64,000 nt of DNA from Myxococcota bacterium. Lineage in GTDB: Bacteria; Myxococcota_A; UBA9160; SZUA-336. Within the stretch, counting starts at the first letter, position 1. Each line of letters starts with the position of its first letter. Under the pieces are notes generated by a model. That model worked only from the letters and a program-made list of their open reading frames with translations. It did not search any database and was not told the DNA's origin. The position numbers and the translations under genes were made by a program. Of the stretch, positions 1-9,132 are shown piece by piece. The DNA lies in contig CBDFGR010000003.1 of assembly GCA_965247115.1 (NCBI GenBank), positions 32,001 to 96,000 of the forward strand, written 5' to 3'.

Positions 1-2
1 GC

Positions 3-260
3 AGCGGTAGAATCGCGAACATCTCCTTCTCCGGGGCGCTGATCGAGCCCGCCTCTCCAACACCCTCGCCGGGCACCCCACTCGGTTTGCGCGCGTCGTG
101 TCTCGCGTTCGCGGGCGAGCTCTCATCCGAGGTCGTGCGCACGACGCACTCCGGCTTCGCCGTCCGTTTCACCGAGCTGGACCCCGAAGCCCTCGCTGCA
201 CTGCGCAGGCTACTCAGTCTTGCCGAGCTGAGGGTGGGATCCTCCCCGCGAACACCGTAG
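3..260 (+). CDS. PilZ-domain protein, C-terminal part (5' end outside window)
   Basis: Own translation of frame +3: SGRIANISFSGALIE...EVVRTTHSGFAVRFTELDPEAL...*. Has the PilZ (D/N)xSxxG motif and the VVR...GFAVRF beta-strands; TAG at 258-260. Not in the ORF track. Confidence 0.75.
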   Translation, partial: SGRIANISFSGALIEPASPTPSPGTPLGLRASCLAFAGELSSEVVRTTHSGFAVRFTELDPEALAALRRLLSLAELRVGSSPRTP

Positions 261-382
261 CTTTCTTCCCACGCCGAGGCGCACGAGCTGCGTTCCACGA
301 CAGCTCTCCACTCGACCCTTGGTAGCCCCGCTTCTACGAAGTGATATGGTGGCAGCTGCCGATAGGGACGGAGATACGAGCG

Positions 383-2611
383 ATGGATGAGGTGTCGGGT
401 CGAGCCTGCGCCCTGATCCTCGAGTCCGCTCTGGAGAGGGGCGGAACGGAGGCCGTACTTCTCGACGGCCTCTCGTTCAGATCCGGTGAGCTGCGTCGTC
501 CACACAGCCGCATCGACTGGGAAGAGTTCACCATCTTCCTCGAGCGCTGTCGCACCTGCCTCGGCGGCATGGAGGCACTCGACGAGCTCGGTGCCCTGCA
601 CGTGGGCCAGCCCTGGCCGTCCCTGGCACGATCGCTCGCGAAAGGGGTCGCGAGCGCTGCTGGACTGTACGCGCTCGGTCAGTGGAACGGACCCGCGAAC
701 TTCTCGTGCACGCGCGTCGAGCTGGAGAAGCTCTCGAACGGACGCATCCTGCAGACCTTGGAGATCCTTCCCGGGTTCCGGGATTCCCCCGAGTTCTTCT
801 ACGGCATGCGCGGGATCATTCGCGCCACGCCGCGGATGCTGGGGCAGCCCGATGCCGTCGTGGAGATGACGCTCACCACGCGCCGCGCGCGCTACGAGAT
901 CACGCCGCCGCCCTCGCGCACGTGGTGGGCGCGCGCTCGTCGCCACATTTCTCGCAACGCATGGCTCACGGGAGCGCTGAAGGAGCTGAGCTTCCAGGAC
1001 TCGATGCTGCGCGAGAGCGAGCAGGAGAACCGCCAGACGGCACTGGCCTTGGACGAGAAATCGCGCCAGCTCGACAGCCTGAACGAGCTCGGCAGTCGGC
1101 TGGCGCAGCACCTCAGCATCGACGAGCTCGCCTCCGCGGTCACCAAGCTGCTCGAGGAGCACTTCAAGGTTGCAGGTCTGGTCTTCTGGGCGCGCGAGGC
1201 CGAGGGCGATGGTCTGGAAGAGGTGAGGCGCTCGGGCGACACCACCGGGGGGCCCGCACGTCGGATGGATCTGCACACAGCTGGGCGACGCGTCGGCGGG
1301 CTCTGGCTGTGGGAAGGCAGCGAGCAGCCTCGGAGCAGCGACGACGGGCGACTCGATTCTCTCGCCTCCTGGATCGCGCTGGCGGTCGACAACGCGCGCA
1401 CCTTCGAGACGCTGTCTCGTCAGACCCGGCGCCTCGAGCGCGAGATCGAGATCCGCAAGCGCACCGAGCAGCAGCTGTTCCAGGCCCAGAAGCTCGAGGC
1501 CCTCGGCGTGCTGGCTGGTGGGATCGCACACGACTTCAACAACATCCTGACGGCGATCCGAGGCTACGCCGAGCTCGCTGCGGAGCGTGTGGCCGCCGAC
1601 GAGACCTTGAGTCGAGATCTCGACGAGATTCGCATCGCCGGCGACCGCGGGTCGGCGCTCATCGCCCAGCTTCTGCTGTTCAGCAGGCGACAGATTCAGG
1701 AGCTGAGCCACGTCGATGTGAACCGCGTGATCGCGGGAATCGAGCGGCTGCTGCGGCGGCTGCTCGGAGAAACCATCGAGCTCGAGATCGCGTGGGGCTC
1801 AGACTTGCCGCCGGTTCTGGCGGATCCCGCGCAGCTCGAGCAAGTCATCGTGAATCTCGTGGTGAACAGCCGCGATGCGCTCCTGGGTGGGGGTCGAGTC
1901 GCCATCACGACATCGTGCGCTCCAGTCGGCACGGGAGCGGTCGTGCGGATCGTGGTCCAGGACGAAGGCACCGGGATGAGCGAGGAGACACGTGCCAAGG
2001 CCTTCGAGCCCTTCTTCACAACGAAAGCGCCGGGACGAGGATCGGGCCTCGGGCTGGCGACGGTCCACGGAATCGTGAGCCAGACCGGCGGCAGCGTGGA
2101 CGTGCAGAGCGAGCTCGGCCGCGGTACGACCGTCGTCGTCGAGCTGCCCGCATCAGAGGGCGAGGTCGAGCGGACGAGCGACGTCGAGCTGGCGACGACG
2201 CGCACCCGAGGGAGCGAGACGGTGCTGCTCGTCGAAGACGACACCCAGGTGCTGGAGGTCGGACGTCAGATCCTGGAGGGCCATGGCTACCAGGTCATCG
2301 CGTGCAGCTCCCCCGTCGAAGCGCTGGAACACTGCCAGTCAGAGGTCCAGCCAATCGACGTGCTGGTCGCGGACGTGGTGATGCCCCAGATGAACGGAAT
2401 CGAGCTCGCGCGGCGCCTCCGCCTGCTGGTCCCGGAGCTCCGCAACGTCTGGATGTCGGGGTATGCGCGGGATGACCTGCGGGGCGACCAGGACCCGGCC
2501 GGCATCTTCGTGAGAAAGCCGTTCACTTCCGAGACATTGCTCCTCGCCATACGCCGCACGCTTGCCATCGAGGGGGAGAGCGGCGACAAGCCCGACGAGG
2601 CTCCCGCGTAG
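383..2611 (+). CDS. Hybrid sensor histidine kinase/response regulator (uncharacterised N-terminal domain, GAF-like, HisKA, HATPase, REC)
   Basis: H-box AGGIAHDFNNILTAI, N-box EQVIVNLVVNSRDA, G-boxes DEGTGM / FEPFFTTK / GSGLGLA, receiver LLVEDD...DVVMPQMNG...KPF. ATG at 383 follows GGAG. Confidence 0.93.
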   Translation: MDEVSGRACALILESALERGGTEAVLLDGLSFRSGELRRPHSRIDWEEFTIFLERCRTCLGGMEALDELGALHVGQPWPSLARSLAKGVASAAGLYALGQWNGPANFSCTRVELEKLSNGRILQTLEILPGFRDSPEFFYGMRGIIRATPRMLGQPDAVVEMTLTTRRARYEITPPPSRTWWARARRHISRNAWLTGALKELSFQDSMLRESEQENRQTALALDEKSRQLDSLNELGSRLAQHLSIDELASAVTKLLEEHFKVAGLVFWAREAEGDGLEEVRRSGDTTGGPARRMDLHTAGRRVGGLWLWEGSEQPRSSDDGRLDSLASWIALAVDNARTFETLSRQTRRLEREIEIRKRTEQQLFQAQKLEALGVLAGGIAHDFNNILTAIRGYAELAAERVAADETLSRDLDEIRIAGDRGSALIAQLLLFSRRQIQELSHVDVNRVIAGIERLLRRLLGETIELEIAWGSDLPPVLADPAQLEQVIVNLVVNSRDALLGGGRVAITTSCAPVGTGAVVRIVVQDEGTGMSEETRAKAFEPFFTTKAPGRGSGLGLATVHGIVSQTGGSVDVQSELGRGTTVVVELPASEGEVERTSDVELATTRTRGSETVLLVEDDTQVLEVGRQILEGHGYQVIACSSPVEALEHCQSEVQPIDVLVADVVMPQMNGIELARRLRLLVPELRNVWMSGYARDDLRGDQDPAGIFVRKPFTSETLLLAIRRTLAIEGESGDKPDEAPA

Positions 2612-2671
2612 CCAGACGAGGCCCGACAGCCTCAACCTTTCGCAGCGACGCTCCGATCTCAGCTAGCTGAG

Positions 2672-5083
2672 ATGAGTTCGCCGAGGCGAGTGCTGGACGC
2701 GGTCGAGAAGAACGTGGCCGCTGGCACGGAACTCGGGATGCTGCTGTTGCAGGCCGAGGACGAGCGCCTCGACGGCCGGCACCTGCTCATTCGCGGGCGA
2801 CGTATGCTCGCGTTCACATCCTGCAGCTATCTAGGTCTGGAACTCGACCAACGACTGATCGAGGGCTGCATCGATGCCGTACGTCGCTACGGCACGCAGT
2901 TCTCGGCATCGCGGACCTACATCTCGGCTCCCGGCTACGAGGAGCTCGAAGCTCTGCTGGCACAGATATTCGGCGGCCCCGTACTGACCGCCCCGAGCAC
3001 CTCGCTCGCCCACCTGACAACGCTGCCCGCGCTGGTGAGCGAGCAAGACGCCGTACTCCTCGACCAGCACGTCCACGAGTCCGTCCAGATGGCGGTCGCA
3101 CAGCTTTCGGCACAGGGCACCACGGTGGAGCGGGTCCGCCACAGCCACATCGATCGGGTCGAATCTCGAGTCAGGGCGCTGGCTCCTCATTGCGAGCGCA
3201 TCTGGTACTGCTGCGACGGCGTTTACAGCATGCTCGGCGACTACGCCCCGATCCCGGAGCTCCTGACCCTGCGGAATACCTACGAGCAGCTCCACCTCTA
3301 CGTCGACGACGCACACGGGATCGGCTGGAGCGGGCCCCGCGGCTCCGGTACGGTCTTGAGCAGACTTCCCTCCCGTGAACGGGTCTTCGTCGCGGTGTCG
3401 CTCAACAAATCCTTTGGCGCCGCCGGTGGGGCCGTGGTGTTCCCGAGCGCCCAGCTGCGTGATCGCGTGCGGCTGCGCGGTGGGCCCACACGCTACTCGG
3501 GGCCGATCCAGCCGCCGATGCTGGGCGCGGCCCTGGCTTCTGCTCGCATCCATCTGTCCGAGGAGCTCCCGCGCCTGCAAGAAGAGCTGCAGGAACGTCT
3601 GCGTCGGCGCAACGAGCTCGCGGGGGAGTGGGATCTCCCCCTGGTCAGCGGGGGCGATGTCCCGCTGGGCTACCTGCGACTGGGATCTCCCCACCTTGCC
3701 CAGAGCCTCACGCAGCGTCTGCTCGAAGCCGGGATGTACACGAACGTGGCGAGCTTCCCAGCGGTGCCCCCGGACGCGGCCGGAGTGCGCTTCACGCTAA
3801 CGCGCCACCACTCTCTGGACGACGTCCACTGTCTACTCGCCCACGTAGCGGAGCTGCTCCCCCGGGTCAGGGGAGAGCGAGCCGGGCGGCGGACCCCGAC
3901 TCCCAGCGACAGCAGTTTGCACACGGTGAGCGCCGCGCCGCACCGCACGGCTGGCTGGACGTGTCAGCACGAGACCAGCGTGCACCAGATTGGGCGGGAT
4001 GAGTGGGACCGGCTGATGCGAGGCACCATCTGCTTCGACTCTGCGGGCCTGGCATCGCTGGAAACGATCTTCGCGGAGGGGAATCGGCCGGAAGATCGCT
4101 GGAACTTCCACTACTACGTGATCCGCGACGCACAGGGCAGGCCGGTTCTTGCGGCGCACTTTACCGACGCGCTGTGGAAAGACGACATGCTCGCGCCTGC
4201 CGAGGTCTCCGTCCTCGTCGAGAACGACCGGCTCCGCGACCGGTATCACCAGACCACGCGGGTGCTCGCAGCCGGCACGCTCCTCAGCGAGGGGGACCAC
4301 GTCTACCTCGATCGCTCGCGGGACTGGCGACGCGGCCTCCGGATCCTCCTCGAACATCTCGCCCTCGAGAGCTCTCGCTGCGGGGCGGGTCTGGTGGTGC
4401 TTCGAGATCTACCCGCCGGCGACGCGGAGCTCGATCGAGAGCTCGCCGGCTCCGGCTTTGCTCGCATCGACCTTGCCGAGGGGATGAACCTGGATATCGA
4501 CTGGGCTGACGAAGAGGAGTTCCTGGCGCGTCTGAGTCGTCGCGCTCGCCGCTTTCAAAAGCGCATGGTCCAGCCGTTTGATGAGAACTTCGAAGTGGAA
4601 GTCCTGGGGGCTCAAACGCGCGCTCCTTCCGACGCTGAGCTGCGACACCTCGACCAGCTCTACCGAAACGTCAAGGACCGGAGCCTGGCCCTGAATACGT
4701 TTGCTCTCCCCGAGTGCTTCCTGCCGCGGATCCTGCAGGTCCCTGGCTGGGAGGTACTCGCCCTCACGCTGCGCAACCGACCGGTGTCCGAGGCGCAGCT
4801 GCCGCACGGCTTCGTCGCGAGCTTCCGCCACGGCGTGCAATACGTGCCCCGGGTGATCGGGCTGGACTACCGCTTTGTGCGCTCTCACGGTCTGTACAGA
4901 CAGTCGATCCGGCACATGCTGCGTCGTGCCGAGTCGCTTGGCTGCAAGCGCATGCTCTGCGGGATTGGCGCGAAATACGAGAAGAGCCGCTTTGGAGCTC
5001 GCGCGGAGCAGCGGACGATCTACCTGCAGCAGGCGGATCAGCTCACCTGCCGCCCGGAGCAACCCGCCTTCTCCCGGTCATGA
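2672..5083 (+). CDS. PLP-dependent alpha-oxoamine synthase (BioF/AONS-like) fused to a C-terminal GNAT/FemAB-like domain
   Basis: SYLGL, DGVYSM, DDAHG and SLNKSFG (PLP lysine) motifs in the first ~400 aa. The second half has 'FLARLSRRARR...GLDY...GLYRQ...G..YEKSRFGA', typical of GNAT-fold acyltransferase domains. Confidence 0.85.
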   Translation: MSSPRRVLDAVEKNVAAGTELGMLLLQAEDERLDGRHLLIRGRRMLAFTSCSYLGLELDQRLIEGCIDAVRRYGTQFSASRTYISAPGYEELEALLAQIFGGPVLTAPSTSLAHLTTLPALVSEQDAVLLDQHVHESVQMAVAQLSAQGTTVERVRHSHIDRVESRVRALAPHCERIWYCCDGVYSMLGDYAPIPELLTLRNTYEQLHLYVDDAHGIGWSGPRGSGTVLSRLPSRERVFVAVSLNKSFGAAGGAVVFPSAQLRDRVRLRGGPTRYSGPIQPPMLGAALASARIHLSEELPRLQEELQERLRRRNELAGEWDLPLVSGGDVPLGYLRLGSPHLAQSLTQRLLEAGMYTNVASFPAVPPDAAGVRFTLTRHHSLDDVHCLLAHVAELLPRVRGERAGRRTPTPSDSSLHTVSAAPHRTAGWTCQHETSVHQIGRDEWDRLMRGTICFDSAGLASLETIFAEGNRPEDRWNFHYYVIRDAQGRPVLAAHFTDALWKDDMLAPAEVSVLVENDRLRDRYHQTTRVLAAGTLLSEGDHVYLDRSRDWRRGLRILLEHLALESSRCGAGLVVLRDLPAGDAELDRELAGSGFARIDLAEGMNLDIDWADEEEFLARLSRRARRFQKRMVQPFDENFEVEVLGAQTRAPSDAELRHLDQLYRNVKDRSLALNTFALPECFLPRILQVPGWEVLALTLRNRPVSEAQLPHGFVASFRHGVQYVPRVIGLDYRFVRSHGLYRQSIRHMLRRAESLGCKRMLCGIGAKYEKSRFGARAEQRTIYLQQADQLTCRPEQPAFSRS

Positions 5084-5982
5084 AACCGAGACCGCGGCCC
5101 GGGCGCGTCGCCCTCCTCTGCGCCGCAACCGCCCTGCTCCCGCTGTGCGTCGTGTACGCGAGCACCGAGCTGCGCCTGCGCCGCGTCTACACGGTGCCCC
5201 CGGTGACGCTCGAGGTACCCACCGACCCCGCGTCGATCGAGCGGGGCCAGCACCTGGTCCACGTGATCGCCCAATGCACGAACTGCCACGGCGAGGACCT
5301 TGGCGGTCGCTCCCTCGGGTCGAACCCGTGGCTAGGCCGGCTGTCTGCTCCGAACCTGACCCCCGGCCACGGGGGACTCGGGTCTCACAGCGACGAAGAG
5401 CTGGTCTGGAGCATCCGGTACGGCGTCGGCCGCGACCGTCGCGCTCTGGTGATGATGCCTGCCCAGTACCTGAGAAGGGTAGGCGACACAGACCTCGGAG
5501 CCATCGTGGCTTACCTCCGCTCCCTGGCTGCCGTGGACCGCGAGGTCGCGCCGTTTCGGGCGGGGCCACTGGCGCGCCTGCTCCTGTTCCTAGGTCGGGT
5601 GCCTGACGTGGTCCCTGCGGAGGCCGTGATCCAAGCCGGCGAGCCGACGCCCCCGCCACCGCCCGGCCCCACCATCGAGTACGGCGGCTACCTGGTCGAC
5701 ACTGCAGGGTGTCGGATCTGTCACCGTCACGACCTGTCTGGCGGGCTCCACCCTCTCTCGCTGCCGGGTGAGCCCCGGCCCCCCCGACTCACTCCAGAAG
5801 GACCGCTGGCGGCCTGGTCGGAGCGGGATTTCCTCCGCACGCTGCGGACCGGAACGACGCCCGATGGGCGCGGCCTGGATGAGGCGTACATGCCCTGGCG
5901 CCGTATCGGACGCATGTCGGACCCGGAGCTCAAGGCAATCTGGCGCTACCTGCGTTCGCTCGAGCCGACGCGGCCGGGTTAG
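5080..5982 (+). CDS. Membrane-anchored diheme c-type cytochrome
   Basis: Two CxxCH motifs (CTNCH, CRICH), APNLTPG, axial-Met 'MP' motifs and an N-terminal hydrophobic segment. ATG overlaps the upstream TGA (ATGA). Confidence 0.88.
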   Translation: MKPRPRPGRVALLCAATALLPLCVVYASTELRLRRVYTVPPVTLEVPTDPASIERGQHLVHVIAQCTNCHGEDLGGRSLGSNPWLGRLSAPNLTPGHGGLGSHSDEELVWSIRYGVGRDRRALVMMPAQYLRRVGDTDLGAIVAYLRSLAAVDREVAPFRAGPLARLLLFLGRVPDVVPAEAVIQAGEPTPPPPPGPTIEYGGYLVDTAGCRICHRHDLSGGLHPLSLPGEPRPPRLTPEGPLAAWSERDFLRTLRTGTTPDGRGLDEAYMPWRRIGRMSDPELKAIWRYLRSLEPTRPG

Positions 5983-6536
5983 CGGCGGACCGGACGATCG
6001 TGCCCGATCATCTGCTGGACGGCCTGACGCGACACCCCCAGCAGGCGTCCCGCGGCACTGCGGTTTCCCCCCGCCAGGGCAAGCGCCTGGTCGAGCATCA
6101 CCTGGCGCACGCGCTGCTGAACCTCGCGGATCGGGGTCATCCCCACGTTCCGAACCACCTGAGCTTCGAACGCTGGCGGATCCTCGAGCGCTGAGTCGAT
6201 CGCGGTGCGCAGGCGTTCCAGCGAGAAGGGCTTGGTGACGTACCAGTGAACGCCTAGCCGCGCGAGCTCGAACGCCTCTTCTGTCGTGGCGAGGCCGCTG
6301 ATGGCGATCACCTTTGGAGCCGGTCTCATCTGGCTCGCGAGACGCGCGAGCTCGACGGCGCTTCCGTCCGGCAGGTGCACATCGAGCAAGACAAGCGGCG
6401 GCTTTGTCGCGAGCAGCTCGCGTGCCTTCGACAGCGTGTCTGCCCGAAGCACGTCGAAGCTCCAGCTTTCCGCAGCCCGCGCCAGCAGATCGCCAACCTG
6501 TGGATCATCCTCGACGATCAACACTCGCTGGGACAC
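5979..6536 (-). CDS. Response regulator, REC + Fis-type HTH (RegA/PrrA-like)
   Basis: LIVEDD...LLDVHLPDG...KPF receiver; C-terminal ALALAGGNRSAAGRLLGVSRQAV HTH. Confidence 0.9.
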   Translation of the reverse strand: MSQRVLIVEDDPQVGDLLARAAESWSFDVLRADTLSKARELLATKPPLVLLDVHLPDGSAVELARLASQMRPAPKVIAISGLATTEEAFELARLGVHWYVTKPFSLERLRTAIDSALEDPPAFEAQVVRNVGMTPIREVQQRVRQVMLDQALALAGGNRSAAGRLLGVSRQAVQQMIGHDRPVRR

Positions 6537-6595
6537 ACTTCACCCCCGAGACCACCAAAGGTAGCGGCCGGCGCGGACAGGACCAGTTTTCGAGT

Positions 6596-6632
6596 GCAAG
6601 CAACCTTGCGCTCTGGCGGCAAGCCCGCTTGC
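6596..6632. promoter_or_regulatory. Two GCAAG-N4-CTTGC inverted repeats (candidate operator pair)
   Basis: GCAAG-CAAC-CTTGC at 6596-6609 and GCAAG-CCCG-CTTGC at 6619-6632, between the divergent response regulator and HDOD genes. Confidence 0.5.
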
Positions 6633-6688
6633 ACTGGGTCCCGACCCCCGAGAGCGGTAGCTTGCCTTGCGAGGGGATCCCGGCGTCC

Positions 6689-7543
6689 ATGCTCGACCTA
6701 GCCGCGCTGACCGAGGCCTGCTACGACCTGGACCCACTGCCCGCGAGCGCGACGCGGCTGATGCGGCTCGCGGCAGAGGCCGACGCGGATGTCGAGGAGA
6801 TCGTCACAATCGTCACCTACGATCCCGCGCTCACCGCGCGCCTGCTTCGGGTCGCGAACTCCGTCGAGGCCGGCGGAGTGCGCCCCATCGCTACGGTTCG
6901 GGCCGCAGTGCTTCGACTCGGCATCGGGCTCGTGCTCGGTATCGCGCTCGGGTCTTCGGCTCGCATGCACCTCAGCGCAGCGTCGCACGAGTACTACATC
7001 CAGGAAGGAGAGCTCTGGCGGCACTCGGTCGCGGCCGCCATCGCCGGTCATCTCGCACGGAGTGTCGCCGCCGTCGAGCTCCCGCTCGAGTCCTTCACCG
7101 CCGCGCTGCTGCACGACATCGGCAAGCTCGCGCTCCTGCGACACATGACGCCGGAGGTCTTCCACGTCATGCAGCAGGCAAGGGAGCAGACGAGCCTCAG
7201 CCAGCTCGAGGCCGAGTCAGAGATCCTCGGAATTCACCACGGTGAGCTCGGCGGCTTGATCGCACGGCACTGGCGCTTGCCGGAAAGGATTATCCAAGGC
7301 GTCACGCACCACCACGACCCGGCCGCGTGCGAGCAAGCCGAGGACAGCACGATCTGCTTCGTCGTGCACACCGCGGACCTGGTCGCAAAGCTCGCCGGTG
7401 CCGGAGTCGGCGAGGACGAGGCCGCCGGAATCGAAGAGCCCGCTCTTGCCACCGGGCGACTGGGCATGAGTGGCGACGGGTTTGCTCAGCTCTGCGAGCG
7501 GGTCAAGGAGAACCTGGACGCCGTGCTGCACTGGTACGCGTAG
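6689..7543 (+). CDS. HDOD-domain protein
   Basis: LPASATRL...DPALTARLLRVANS...AVLRLG...LWRHS...ALLHDIGKL...HGELGG...W.LPE...HHHDP. Confidence 0.92.
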   Translation: MLDLAALTEACYDLDPLPASATRLMRLAAEADADVEEIVTIVTYDPALTARLLRVANSVEAGGVRPIATVRAAVLRLGIGLVLGIALGSSARMHLSAASHEYYIQEGELWRHSVAAAIAGHLARSVAAVELPLESFTAALLHDIGKLALLRHMTPEVFHVMQQAREQTSLSQLEAESEILGIHHGELGGLIARHWRLPERIIQGVTHHHDPAACEQAEDSTICFVVHTADLVAKLAGAGVGEDEAAGIEEPALATGRLGMSGDGFAQLCERVKENLDAVLHWYA

Positions 7544-7686
7544 GCTCCCTCGCCGACTGCCCCAGAGCCGCGCCAGGAAATCTCGCGAGACCTCGAGCGT
7601 GTCCTTGCACGGGCCGGCGAAGGTGCCCTCACACCGGACCCACTACAGTCCCAGTGGGACTATGATGGCGCCCGGAAGGATCCCGC

Positions 7687-9081
7687 TTGACCCAGGCCGC
7701 TCCCACAGAGCAGCTCCATGCACTCCGACTCTCTCCGGTCGAGCGCTGTCTGCGCATCTTCACAGACATCCGGCCCGGCGAGGGGCGTACCGGCCTGATG
7801 ATGTTCGCCAACGTGCTGCTCATCCTGTGCGCCTACTATCTTGTGAAGCCATTGCGCGAGGGATGGCTCGCCGTGTCTACGGTCGAGGGGCTGACAGCGA
7901 TGGAGCTCAAGGCCTACTCGAGCTTCGCGCAAACCGTGCTCCTGGTTGGTGTGGTCGCCGTGTACGGCCGGCTTGTAGGTCGCTGGTCGCGCAGCGTCCT
8001 GATCACACGCTCCACGCTGTTCTGCATGTCGAACCTGCTCCTCTTCTGGCCCCTACAGCCAGACTTCCTGATCGGAGTGCTGCCGGGTGTGGGGATCGTC
8101 TTCTACCTGTGGGTCGGCATGTTCGGCGTCTTCGTGGTGGCCCAGTTTTGGGCCTTCGCTGCAGACCTGTACGCGGAGGAGCGCGGGAAGCGCCTGCTCC
8201 CGATGATCGCCATCGGGGCTACCAGCGGCGCGGTTGTGGGAGCCTGGCTGACGGAGCAGCTCATTGCCTCTGGGCTGCTGCGCACAGAGAACCTCATGCT
8301 CGTGGCGCTGGTGCCGCTCACCGCTTCGATCCTGCTGACGCGCAGCGCCGACAGCAGAGAGGCGGACCGCGAGGTGGCAGCCAAGGCCGCGGCGCCGAAG
8401 CCGGAGACGGGGGGAGCCCTGCCCCTGGTACTCAGGACACGCTTCCTGCTGGTCGTTGCGGTGATCACCCTGCTGTTGAACTGGGTGAACACGAACGGGG
8501 AGAACCTGCTCTTCCGGGTCGTCCAGGAGATGCTCGCGCGCGACCTCGTCGGCATGGGGATCACGGGTGAGGCAGAGGTCGTCTCCTACCTGCGCGATGC
8601 CACCACCGTATTCTATGGGAGCTTCTTCTTCTGGGTGAACCTGCTGGCCCTGGTCATGCAGGCGCTGCTGGCGTCGCGTCTGCTCAAGTACGGTGGCTTT
8701 GGCGCGATCTTCCTGCTCCTGCCAGTGATCGCTCTGATCTCGTACTCGGTCATGGCGCTCGTTCCGATCCTGATCGTGGTCAAGTGGATGAAGGTGGCCG
8801 AGAACGCCACCGACTACTCGATCAACAACACGGCACGTCACGTGCTGTGGTTGCCGATGAGCCGAGAGGTCACGTTCAAAGCAAAACCCACCATCGACTC
8901 GCTCTTCGTGCGAGCGGGCGACGGACTCGCGGCACTGACCGTCCTGATCGGGGTGCGGGTGTTCACGTTCCCGCTAGAAGCCTACATGGTCGTGAACATT
9001 GCGCTGGTCGCCGCGTGGCTGGCGGGCGGGCTGTGGGTCGTGCGCCGCTACGCGACTCTCTCGGAGTCCGGGGCAGCGTGA
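7687..9081 (+). CDS. Npt1/Npt2 (TLC ATP/ADP translocase-like) MFS transporter
   Basis: AYYLVKPLRE, QFWAFAADLY...GKRL, ENATDYSINNTAR..LWLP, KAKPTID..F.R.GD; many hydrophobic segments. Start uncertain. Confidence 0.82.
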   Translation: MTQAAPTEQLHALRLSPVERCLRIFTDIRPGEGRTGLMMFANVLLILCAYYLVKPLREGWLAVSTVEGLTAMELKAYSSFAQTVLLVGVVAVYGRLVGRWSRSVLITRSTLFCMSNLLLFWPLQPDFLIGVLPGVGIVFYLWVGMFGVFVVAQFWAFAADLYAEERGKRLLPMIAIGATSGAVVGAWLTEQLIASGLLRTENLMLVALVPLTASILLTRSADSREADREVAAKAAAPKPETGGALPLVLRTRFLLVVAVITLLLNWVNTNGENLLFRVVQEMLARDLVGMGITGEAEVVSYLRDATTVFYGSFFFWVNLLALVMQALLASRLLKYGGFGAIFLLLPVIALISYSVMALVPILIVVKWMKVAENATDYSINNTARHVLWLPMSREVTFKAKPTIDSLFVRAGDGLAALTVLIGVRVFTFPLEAYMVVNIALVAAWLAGGLWVVRRYATLSESGAA

Positions 9082-9132
9082 GCGGGGCGCCCTAGCTCGC
9101 ACGGTCGCTCTCGTATGTGCGACAATGCGCCC

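Noticed and set aside
2672..5083. Assignment as bioF
   Set aside because: Twice BioF length, with a GNAT-like fusion and no biotin context; only family membership is supported.
6614..6633. Sigma-54 promoter (GG...TTGCA)
   Set aside because: GG-to-GC spacing is 11 nt rather than the required 10.
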